The position numbers were made by a program, and so were the translations under genes. From positions 5,024,001 to 5,088,000 of the forward strand of contig OZ241917.1 of NCBI GenBank assembly GCA_965203805.1: a DNA stretch of 64,000 nt, written 5' to 3'. This DNA is from Candidatus Latescibacterota bacterium (GTDB lineage: Bacteria; Latescibacterota; UBA2968; GCA-2709665). Positions 18,876 to 27,086 of the stretch are shown piece by piece. How positions within the stretch are numbered: the first letter of the stretch is position 1; each line of letters opens with the position of its first letter. The notes beneath the pieces are model-generated. The model was not told the DNA's origin, ran no database searches, and saw nothing but the letters and a program-made list of their open reading frames with translations.

Positions 18876-19922
18876 GTGAAATTAGATGGCAGGGCCGGCG
18901 AATTTGTCGTCATCGGCGAGAACATCCATACCACACGCGTTGTCCTGAGGAAAGGACGGCTCGTCGTGAAGAAACCCGGTGGAGGGGAGGCGGTCCGTTT
19001 TTTCGACACACGGAAACGCCGCCGCTTTCTCGCCATCCCGGACGATATCCGGCAGACGCAGGACTACGAGGAGGGTCGGGTCAAATACGTCAAGATTGCG
19101 GTGCAGGCGGCGATGTCCGGTCAGACGCCGCAGGCCGCCGACGGGCTGGCCTATCTGCACCGGATGGTCCAGCGCCAGGTGGACGCGGGAGCGGACTATC
19201 TGGATCTGAACGTGGACGAAGTCTCACTACGCCTCAAGGAGCAGAAGAAAGCCATGCGGTGGCTGGTGGGCATCGTGCAGGAGATAAGCCCGATTCCGAT
19301 TTCGGTGGACTCCTCCAACGTGGAAACGATCGGGGACGGGCTCAAGGCCTGCGACGGCCGGGCCGGACGGCCGCTGCTGAATTCGGCCTCGCTGGAGCGA
19401 CTGGAGGCACTGGACCTGGCCGTGAGGTACAACGCCCGGGTTGTCGTGACCGCCGCGGGCGAAAGCGGGATGCCGCAGGACGCCGCGGAACGCGTCGCGA
19501 ATGCGTCCCGCATGGTCGAGGCGGCGCTGTCCAGGGGAATCGGGATCGAGGATATTTTCGTAGATGCCCTGGTTTTTCCGATTTCGGTGGACGTGGGATT
19601 CGGCAACCACTGCTTCGAGGCCATCCGGACGCTACGGGCGAACTTCGGCCCCGCGATTCACGTGACGGGCGGATTCAGCAACGTTTCTTTCGGGCTGCCG
19701 TGCCGGCGTCTCATCAACGACGTGTTTACGATTCAGGCCGTCGAGGCCGGGGCGGACAGCGGGATCGTCGACCCGGCCACCAGCAGTCCGCAGCGCGTTT
19801 TCTCCATGGACCGGGAGACGGAACCCTACCGGCTTGCGGAAGATATGCTTCTGGGTCGGGATCGCATGTGCAAAAACTACCTGCGCGCGTATCGAAAGGG
19901 TACGCTGGACGCTTACCGTTAA
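18876..19922 (+). CDS. Pterin-binding methyltetrahydrofolate:corrinoid methyltransferase (AcsE / MetH folate-module-like)
   Basis: Motifs 'VIGENI', 'QVDAGADYLDLN', 'ISVDS', 'LLNS', 'IFVDALV', 'GFSNVSFGLP'. Confidence 0.9.
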   Translation: MKLDGRAGEFVVIGENIHTTRVVLRKGRLVVKKPGGGEAVRFFDTRKRRRFLAIPDDIRQTQDYEEGRVKYVKIAVQAAMSGQTPQAADGLAYLHRMVQRQVDAGADYLDLNVDEVSLRLKEQKKAMRWLVGIVQEISPIPISVDSSNVETIGDGLKACDGRAGRPLLNSASLERLEALDLAVRYNARVVVTAAGESGMPQDAAERVANASRMVEAALSRGIGIEDIFVDALVFPISVDVGFGNHCFEAIRTLRANFGPAIHVTGGFSNVSFGLPCRRLINDVFTIQAVEAGADSGIVDPATSSPQRVFSMDRETEPYRLAEDMLLGRDRMCKNYLRAYRKGTLDAYR

Positions 19923-19947
19923 CGAATCGGGGAGGATCCGGGAGGAG

Positions 19948-21009
19948 ATGAAGACATTTTTCGAGAGGCTGGAAGATCCCAGCCCGATGGTTTACGACGG
20001 AGGATTCGGTTCGGAGCTGTTCAAAGGGCATATCGAACTGACGAACAGCGCACTCGCAAATGAACTGCATCCGGATGCGGTGGTCGATATCCACTCCGCC
20101 TATATCGCGGCGGGAACCGACGTCATCGGAACCAACACTTTCGTGGCGTCGCCACTGCACCTGGAAATGGCGGGCAAGGCGGATAACGAGGCCGGGAAAA
20201 TTGCGCGGCTGGCCGTGGAACACGCGAGAACAGCAGTCGATAAAAGCGGCAGGAAGGTCTATATTGCAGGCTCCGTCGGTCCGTCGCCGGGCGCTATCGA
20301 GTCGGACGCGGGCGATACCGTGTTCGGCATTGCGGACAAGAAGGCGAGGGCGGCGCACGAGCAGGTCATCTATACGCTCGCCAAGGCCGGCGTTGAGCTG
20401 ATCTGTATCGAGACCATGTTTTCCGCAAAAGAGGCAGCCATTGCGGCGGACGTTGCCAGGAAGACCGGGTTGCCCGTCGCAATCAATCTGACCTGCAAAT
20501 ACACGAAAGACCGGAAGACGGGCGAGATGGTCTACCGGACGGACTGGGGGCATTCAGCTGAGGACCTGCTGGATTTTCTTTGTTCCGGAGAGTTTTCAGA
20601 CGGAGACAATCTGCTGGAGCACGTGCAAATCATCGGGATGAACTGCGGCGCCGAGACGCGGCGGCTTGAACATACCGGGATGCCTTACGCAATCAACGGG
20701 ATGCGGCAGTTCACGGATGCAATGTCTGCGAGGGGCATCAACGGGATGAGGTTGATGGCCTATCCCAATGCGGGGCTTCCGAAGCTGGAAGTAAAGACGG
20801 GACGGACGACGTATTCACAGACCGAGGAGGATATGGCGCATTGTGTCCCCGAACTGATCGACGCGGGCGCTTTCATCGTCGGCGGGTGTTGCGGGACGGG
20901 GCCGTCGCATATCCGCGCTTTTCGCGGAATCTTGAACGGCGGAGCGGCCAATGACGGACGCGCCGGGAATGCGGCCGGCACCCGCGAACAGACAAAAGCG
21001 CCGGACTGA
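19948..21009 (+). CDS. Homocysteine S-methyltransferase family protein (MetH N-terminal module-like)
   Basis: Motifs 'DGGFGSEL', 'H..YI.AG.DVI.TNTF', 'IETM', 'GMNC', 'YPNAGLP', 'GGCCGTGP'. Confidence 0.92.
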   Translation: MKTFFERLEDPSPMVYDGGFGSELFKGHIELTNSALANELHPDAVVDIHSAYIAAGTDVIGTNTFVASPLHLEMAGKADNEAGKIARLAVEHARTAVDKSGRKVYIAGSVGPSPGAIESDAGDTVFGIADKKARAAHEQVIYTLAKAGVELICIETMFSAKEAAIAADVARKTGLPVAINLTCKYTKDRKTGEMVYRTDWGHSAEDLLDFLCSGEFSDGDNLLEHVQIIGMNCGAETRRLEHTGMPYAINGMRQFTDAMSARGINGMRLMAYPNAGLPKLEVKTGRTTYSQTEEDMAHCVPELIDAGAFIVGGCCGTGPSHIRAFRGILNGGAANDGRAGNAAGTREQTKAPD

Positions 21010-21030
21010 CAGAGCGCGAAAGGGCGACAG

Positions 21031-21297
21031 GTGGCCGAGTACCAGGTCCTCTACTGGAAGGATATCCCCGCGCAGGTGCGGGTTTTCGACGGGAAGCGGC
21101 GGGTTTCGCGGCAGATGCCCCCGGAATTTCAGGAGGCGATAGACAGGCGGGCGATGCAGGAGGGGCTGGCGGGAACGGACGCGTACCTGGCGCATTGGCA
21201 ATGGAGCGAGCGTCGGGAACGTCCCGGCGACCCGCAGGTGGTTCTGCGGGCGGCGATAGAAGAACTTGAACTGACGTACGACGAGCAGGAAGGGTAA
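21031..21297 (+). CDS. 'Virulence factor' domain small protein (PF13769-like)
   Basis: 'YWKDIPAQV...FQEAIDRRAM..G....DAYLAHW' matches this family as I recall it. Confidence 0.75.
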   Translation: MAEYQVLYWKDIPAQVRVFDGKRRVSRQMPPEFQEAIDRRAMQEGLAGTDAYLAHWQWSERRERPGDPQVVLRAAIEELELTYDEQEG

Positions 21298-21327
21298 TTC
21301 GTGACGCGCCCGAGAGGTTTCTGGAGG

Positions 21328-21363
21328 AACGAAGAGAGCCGGGATTTCCGGCTCTCTTCGTTT
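21328..21363. terminator. Probable bidirectional terminator
   Basis: AACGAAGAGAGCCGG...CCGGCTCTCTTCGTT hairpin between convergent genes. Confidence 0.75.
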
Positions 21364-21383
21364 AACGGCTAACGTCGTACTCG

Positions 21384-22967
21384 CTACAACACCCCTGCCC
21401 CCTGAACGGGAGACGCGACCGTGAGTCTTTCCCGGACCCCGCGTGGCGCATAGTACCTGTCGCGCATGGCTTCGATGATATCCTGCACGCTGTCAGAACC
21501 GACCAGGACCATCATGCTTCCGCCCAGGCCGGCGCCGGATATCTGCGCGCCCGCCGCGCCTGCATCCAGGGCAACGTCGACCATCTCATCGATCTCCGGA
21601 ATGCTGCAATTGTAGTCGCCCGGTTGCAGGTGAAGGTCTTTTGACGGGTCGAATCGCGGCGCGTCCAGGTCGATGCGGTCGCCGTCGTGCGAAACGTTCA
21701 TCAACTCTCCGTAGAGGTCCACCCGGTTCCGGTTCAGGACGTCCTTGAGATCTCTGCTTCGCGCGGATTCGGCGATACCATATGCAATGACCATCCGGAT
21801 ATGGTATCCGCCGGCCGGTTCGTCGTGGGTGGCGAACTGCTGTTCGAGAAACGTCTCCCGGCCCGGCAACTGACGCAGGAGTTCCCGGCGGTCGATCCGT
21901 TCCGGCAGCGACTCGATCAGCGCGTAGATTTCCGGTTGGGCGAGGCATTCAACCACGTCGCCCAGGTGGAATTTCTTCTCGACGTCCAGATCCTTTCTGT
22001 CCGCCACGACGCTCCGGATCGATTCGGGATGTCGCGCTTCCAGCCCGTTTCGGAGAAAGACCTCTCCGATCTCGTACGTTGCGGTCTTTTCGTTGAATTT
22101 CTGGCCTGCCGCTCCGGTCTTGTTTGCCTGGATTCCCGAGTCAAAGATGATGATCTGATAGCCGTCCGGAAACGGCAGATAGGCGTCGATCATCAATTCC
22201 GGCAGGGTCTTCATATGGGTGATTCTGCCCAGCCGGCCGCACTTGATCGCGGCGTGGTCGCCGAAACCGCCGCGTGTTCCGACGTACCATTCCGCGGTGC
22301 CCGCACACCTCACGAACTGCCTGTCGTCCAGATCGATATCGTTGACGTGCGTCATGATCTCCGTCGTCGCGACGACAACCGCGGACGAAGAACTCAGGCC
22401 GCCCATGTCCGGCAGGCTGCTGCCCATGACCCCGTCGAATCCACGCAGTTGCCTGCCGGGAAAGCGGGTGTGCAGGTATGCCGGCGGCGCCTGCAATTTG
22501 GTAATCCAGTCCTCGTTGACACCGGCGGCTCTGCGTTCGTCGGTCTTTTCCTGCGTCCACTCCAGCCACTCGGCATCGGAACGGATCGGCGAGTCCGGGC
22601 AGATTTCGGGCAGATGGAAACAACGGTTCCCATAGGCCGGATCCAGATTGCGGACTTCGATCCTTTCGTCGTTTCTTCGGGAAAAACAGATGAGAATCTC
22701 TTTGTCCAGCGAGATCGGGTTGATGAAGGCGCCCCGGTGGTCGGCGTGCATCCCCACCGTGTTCAACCGGCCCGGCGCCCGGACGAAACTGACGTCTCTA
22801 TCGCCGAAGGTCTCCCTGAATCGCATCGCGGTCTCCAGGAGGGCGCAGAGACGTTCTTCGATAAGTTCCTCGCTGTCGCCGTAGATGGACCGAAGGCGGG
22901 AGATCAGATCGTCGTTCCGGCCCCGAATCGCCCGGATCCATTCATGCGTGTTCTTCTGTCCAATCAT
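21384..22967 (-). CDS. Galactokinase-like GHMP sugar kinase
   Basis: Motifs 'RAPGRLNTVGMHADH', 'GGLSSSSA' and 'GAQISGAGLGG'. Confidence 0.88.
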   Translation of the reverse strand: MIGQKNTHEWIRAIRGRNDDLISRLRSIYGDSEELIEERLCALLETAMRFRETFGDRDVSFVRAPGRLNTVGMHADHRGAFINPISLDKEILICFSRRNDERIEVRNLDPAYGNRCFHLPEICPDSPIRSDAEWLEWTQEKTDERRAAGVNEDWITKLQAPPAYLHTRFPGRQLRGFDGVMGSSLPDMGGLSSSSAVVVATTEIMTHVNDIDLDDRQFVRCAGTAEWYVGTRGGFGDHAAIKCGRLGRITHMKTLPELMIDAYLPFPDGYQIIIFDSGIQANKTGAAGQKFNEKTATYEIGEVFLRNGLEARHPESIRSVVADRKDLDVEKKFHLGDVVECLAQPEIYALIESLPERIDRRELLRQLPGRETFLEQQFATHDEPAGGYHIRMVIAYGIAESARSRDLKDVLNRNRVDLYGELMNVSHDGDRIDLDAPRFDPSKDLHLQPGDYNCSIPEIDEMVDVALDAGAAGAQISGAGLGGSMMVLVGSDSVQDIIEAMRDRYYAPRGVRERLTVASPVQGAGVL

Positions 22968-23059
22968 CCATCTGTCCTTCCGGTATCAGGCATTTGCAAC
23001 CGGTCTGTTCCAGCCGGTGTCGGGGAAGCCCATTGGACGCGCCATGGACTGAAGGGGTG

Positions 23060-23110
23060 AAAAGAGAAAACGACAACGCTTCCAGACCATTCGAGAGGCG
23101 TTGTCGTTCT
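23060..23110 (-). terminator. Putative intrinsic terminator between the LbH gene and the kinase
   Basis: Minus strand AACGACAACGC...GCGTTGTCGTT followed by TTCTCTTTT. Confidence 0.5.
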
Positions 23111-23150
23111 GTTCCGCAAAGATGCCGTCGCACCTCGGCTGGAAGGCGTA

Positions 23151-24125
23151 TTACAGTTTGTCCGGATCGAAGATACCTTTTTGTGTGTCGACGACCCGCT
23201 CGGACCTGGTCTTGAACATCGTGCCGGCCGGATAATAGCCGGCTTTCACGTAGGCGAGGCCGTATGAGATACACATTGGCCCAAGCAATGTGCCGGGATC
23301 CGTGAGGGATTCGCATGCCAGCTGCGTCCTGTCGCCGAGAACGACGCCCATCTTGGAACCGCCCAGGTCGTACCATTTGTCGTTGATGACGACCTTCAGA
23401 TTGACGCGCTTGTCGCGCTCGCGTACGCCCTGGATGATGCCCAGGTTCGCGGCCGTGGCCTGGTTGCCGAAGTGGGTGGCGTACCCGCAGAGGCTGTCGC
23501 CGAGATACGAGGGATGGGGGAAATTGGCCTCGTCGAGCATGAGGACGTTCTTGATTTCACCCCGGATGGCGTTGTCTCCCTGTTTCTTGTGGCCGCCCAG
23601 GATGATATTGCCCCGGAGATAGGCGCCCTGCCGGATTTCGTTATTCGGTCCTATGATCGTGGGTCCCTTGACGCCGGCCGTGGGCTCGACAACGGCGCCC
23701 TCCCCGACGTAGATGTCGCCGCCGTCCAGGTAGATGACCGCGCCGACCACCTTTGCGTCTCTTGCGACGTAGAGCGTGTGGCCCTCGCCGTCGAGCGATC
23801 CGTGTACGAAGAGCGGTTCGCAGACGGCGCCGGGCTCGACCAGCACGGTGTAGTTACCGATTCCGGTCAGGCCCGTCCGTTCTTCCACGCCTTCCGCAGA
23901 ACCGATCTTCTCCGCCAGCCATTCCGTGGCGTATCTTTCGATTCCGTCTTTGCCGATAAGGTCGACGACGGACCTGGCGCCGTCGATCAGCGCCCGGTGT
24001 TCAAACGGGTATCTGTCGAGATCGAAGAAGTTGGACGGTCTCAACTCGCCGGGGACCTCGTCCGCCGCCAGTTCGGTTACAATGACCGGATCGTCCTTCG
24101 CGCCGGTTCCGTTAATGGCCATCAC
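23151..24125 (-). CDS. Left-handed beta-helix protein resembling the GlmU acetyltransferase domain
   Basis: 'KGPTIIGPNNEIRQGAYLRGN...GEIKN......FPHPSYLGDS' hexapeptide repeats; no recognisable N-terminal nucleotidyltransferase motif. Confidence 0.75.
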   Translation of the reverse strand: MMAINGTGAKDDPVIVTELAADEVPGELRPSNFFDLDRYPFEHRALIDGARSVVDLIGKDGIERYATEWLAEKIGSAEGVEERTGLTGIGNYTVLVEPGAVCEPLFVHGSLDGEGHTLYVARDAKVVGAVIYLDGGDIYVGEGAVVEPTAGVKGPTIIGPNNEIRQGAYLRGNIILGGHKKQGDNAIRGEIKNVLMLDEANFPHPSYLGDSLCGYATHFGNQATAANLGIIQGVRERDKRVNLKVVINDKWYDLGGSKMGVVLGDRTQLACESLTDPGTLLGPMCISYGLAYVKAGYYPAGTMFKTRSERVVDTQKGIFDPDKL

Positions 24126-25073
24126 TTATTCCTTTCTGCTTTCCGCGATTTTCTCGAGCGTCTGGTCGTGCAGGGCCTGCGTCCGGCTGACCAGAACGTC
24201 GAAGACGGTCTCGTAATCTTCCGTGGGCTTCGGCACCGCGTTTCCGTCGAAGTCGGTGACGATCAGTCCGGCTTCCTCCGCGATCGCAATCCCGGAAAAG
24301 ACGTCGACGTAAGGCTGTTGCCTGGCAAAATAGACGTCGATCTGCCCGGCCGCTGCCTCTGCAAAGGCGTACGGGCCGCCGTTGGGGTGCAGCATTTTGA
24401 AGGCATCGATAACCGGCCGGTATTCATCGATGAGCGGCATGAGGAATTTGCCCGGCTTCAGGAGGTACGATTCGACACAGGCGTCACCCACGTCGCCAGC
24501 GGGCTCCCCGTGCCGTTCCCTGCGGTAGCTTTCATTGAGACGCTCCACGCCGGTCAGCGCGTTTCCGTCCAGTTTGGCCATAAAGGCGCCGTTGCCGTTG
24601 GCGAACGCCAGGTCTCTGTTGAAGACGTCGCCGGTGACGGAGACGAGGTGATCGAAGTTAGCGTCGAAGAGCGCGAGGGAACTGTATTGCATGAACGGCA
24701 GACCCCGCTTGTACAACCAGCTGCCGTCGAACGGATCGGAGACGCCATAGATTTTGTCGCCTTCCTTGCCGCCGGTCAGATCCACCATACCGGCTTCCTC
24801 GGAGAGCAGCACGACCGGATGGGTGCTCTCTTTGAGCCGTCCGATGTATGCCCCTTCCGCGGCTTCGTCCACACCGAAGATCTCGGCGTCCCAATCCTTG
24901 TAGTCGCCTTCCCGGGTCCGGATGACCATGGCGCCGCTGGCCTCGCCCTGCAAATCGTGAAGGATGTCCAGGGTTTCCGCCACGATGGCCAGGCCGAGCG
25001 CCGAGAGGTCGTCAACATTATCTGTTCTACTGAAGTTGCCGATTCTACTTTCGAATATCTGATCTTCACCCAT
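24126..25073 (-). CDS. Inositol monophosphatase / FBPase-like family phosphatase
   Basis: Motifs 'LLSEE', 'DPFDGS' and 'D..SGIAIAEEAGLIVTDFDG'. Confidence 0.85.
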   Translation of the reverse strand: MGEDQIFESRIGNFSRTDNVDDLSALGLAIVAETLDILHDLQGEASGAMVIRTREGDYKDWDAEIFGVDEAAEGAYIGRLKESTHPVVLLSEEAGMVDLTGGKEGDKIYGVSDPFDGSWLYKRGLPFMQYSSLALFDANFDHLVSVTGDVFNRDLAFANGNGAFMAKLDGNALTGVERLNESYRRERHGEPAGDVGDACVESYLLKPGKFLMPLIDEYRPVIDAFKMLHPNGGPYAFAEAAAGQIDVYFARQQPYVDVFSGIAIAEEAGLIVTDFDGNAVPKPTEDYETVFDVLVSRTQALHDQTLEKIAESRKE

Positions 25074-25159
25074 TCGAAATTCCTTCCACCTGAAGTGAGG
25101 TAACTTTCTGTTTTTAAGGGACTAATGTATGAAAACAGTGGAAAGTTCAATAGATAATG

Positions 25160-25188
25160 ATTATACCATATTCCCTTCGTGATGTCAA
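25160..25188 (-). promoter_or_regulatory. Consensus sigma70 promoter for the IMPase-LbH-kinase genes
   Basis: Minus strand TTGACA-17 bp-TATAAT with extended -10 TG. Confidence 0.75.
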
Positions 25189-25340
25189 GACAAAACATAT
25201 TGCGGAATCGCCGGCCCGATGGTATCCTAAAAGCGGGGAGAGGTTAGACGTTAGACGGGAGATGATGACCCTTCGCCCATCGGATTTGGACGCGGACTGG
25301 CGATATGGGTCAGTGATACCGAAGGACTACTCACACCAGA

Positions 25341-25487
25341 GGGAGACGGGAGAGGGTAGACGGGAGACGATATGAGTGCACTATGGATTTTCTTGTCGTT
25401 ACGATAACGGTAGAGAAACAGGCACGGTCAGCGTGAAAACACTGTGGTTACGTTATCCTCTACCGGCTCACGTCTACCCTCTTACCG
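25341..25487. repeat. About 150-bp dispersed element with heptamer-repeat arms (copy 1)
   Basis: Shares ATGAGTGC, TACGATAA, CAGGCACGGT and GTGAAAACACTGTG-TTACGTT in the same order with 54036-54180. Confidence 0.65.
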
Positions 25488-25779
25488 CATTTAGAATAGT
25501 CGCCGCTGGGCGTGGGGCCTGCTAGATGCATAGCGCGAATACCCTCACAGGATGCACGTATTTCTCCGCCCTGACACCGTCGGTGGCGCATCGAACCGTG
25601 TCGCTGGACGGATCAGCGCGCTCTGCTCTGGTAGCCCTCCGGTAAGGGAATTCCCTTGTAGTCCGATTGGCACCTGTATGATGAGGACAGCTGTCGACCT
25701 TAAGCAAAGACATGCAACAAGGGGCAAACCCATTGTCCTCAGCGCAGTTTCATTACAGCAACAGGTAGAACGCAGACCT

Positions 25780-25815
25780 CTTCCCCCCGCCCCCCCTCCC
25801 GGGGGGAGAGGGGGC
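25780..25815. repeat. REP-like C-rich/G-rich hairpin
   Basis: CCCCCCTCCCGGGGGGAGAGGGGG; a related copy is at 53911-53950. Confidence 0.5.
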
Positions 25816-25922
25816 GCGAAACCATGCGTACATCAAGGGATTACAGTTCTCCCCGTCCTTTTAGGAGGGGGAACGGGGATAGGTCGGCCGGCTGCAAATA
25901 TAACGCATGCAAAGGAGAAACA

Positions 25923-27086
25923 ATGGTTCTTCGCGGGAAGATAGTGGGAACGGAAAATCCGGTCTCGGTAACCATTGAAGGCGGTCGAATCGAGAGCGTC
26001 GATGCCGACGGCGCGGGGGAACTCGGAGGCGACGACGTCTGGATTTCGCCGGGAATTTTCGACGTGCAGGTCAACGGCGCCGGTGGGATCAACTTCAGTT
26101 CGGGCGACCTGACGGTGGAAAGGGTGCTGGAGGCCTGTAAGTGGCCGTACCGGGCTGGCACCGCGTTATTCTGTCCGACGGTAACGACCTCACCCGTTGA
26201 GCAGGCGATTGCGGCGCTGAGGACGCTGGCACGGACGTGCGAGCAGTCGGATACAGCGAATGCGTCGTTCGTGGGGTTCCACGTGGAGGGGCCGTACATC
26301 GCCTCCGAAGACGGTCCGCGGGGTGCGCATCCCCTGGAGCATACGCGCGATCCGGACTGGGAAGAGTTCTGTCGTTACCAGGACGCCGCGGGGGGCCGGA
26401 TCCGAATCCTGACGCTGGCGCCCGAGCGTGAGGGATCCCTGGCCTTTATCGAGAAAGCCGCGGAGGCCGGCGTCATTGTCGCCCTGGGACATACCGGCGC
26501 GAGCAGGGCTCGGATCCGCGAGGCGGTTTCGGCGGGAGCACGGATGTCCACGCACCTGGGCAACGGAGCGCACGCGGAGATCCCCCGCCACGACAACTAT
26601 ATCTGGGAGCAACTTGCTGCAGACGAACTCTGGGCGGGGATCATCCCGGACGGGCACCATCTGCCGCCGCCGGTGCTGAAGAGTTTCTTCAGGACCAAGC
26701 AGAAAGAGCGCATCTGTCTGGTCAGCGACGTGTCATCCATCGCCGGGCTTCCGCCGGGCATATACGGCCGGAGCTACGGGACCGACGAGGTGGAGATTCA
26801 CGCGAACGGGAAGATCTCCCTGGCGGGCACGCCGTACCTGGCGGGAGCGTCCCTGTTCCTGGATTACGGGATCCCGAACACGGTCGCCTTTACGGATGCG
26901 TCGCTGGCCGATGCGGTGGATATGGCCGGTGTAAACCCGGCGCGGCTGCTGGGCGTGGACGATCGGCTGGGACGCGTGACGCCCGGAATGGAGGCCAGCC
27001 TCACGCTGTTCCGCCGGAGGGAGGGACATCGCGCGCTCTCCATTGTGGCGACCATCGTCCGGGGTGAGATTGTCCACAGGGCATGA
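25923..27086 (+). CDS. nagA: N-acetylglucosamine-6-phosphate deacetylase family amidohydrolase
   Basis: Motifs 'PGIFDVQVNG', 'HVEGPYI', 'GAH', 'TLAPE', 'LGHT', 'THLGNG', 'DGHH', 'VSD'. Confidence 0.9.
   Translation: MVLRGKIVGTENPVSVTIEGGRIESVDADGAGELGGDDVWISPGIFDVQVNGAGGINFSSGDLTVERVLEACKWPYRAGTALFCPTVTTSPVEQAIAALRTLARTCEQSDTANASFVGFHVEGPYIASEDGPRGAHPLEHTRDPDWEEFCRYQDAAGGRIRILTLAPEREGSLAFIEKAAEAGVIVALGHTGASRARIREAVSAGARMSTHLGNGAHAEIPRHDNYIWEQLAADELWAGIIPDGHHLPPPVLKSFFRTKQKERICLVSDVSSIAGLPPGIYGRSYGTDEVEIHANGKISLAGTPYLAGASLFLDYGIPNTVAFTDASLADAVDMAGVNPARLLGVDDRLGRVTPGMEASLTLFRRREGHRALSIVATIVRGEIVHRA

Noticed and set aside
17204-19036. 610-aa minus-strand ORF
   Set aside because: Antisense shadow of metF in high-GC DNA, with no recognisable motifs.
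23472-25103. 543-aa plus-strand ORF
   Set aside because: Antisense to the well-supported IMPase and LbH genes.
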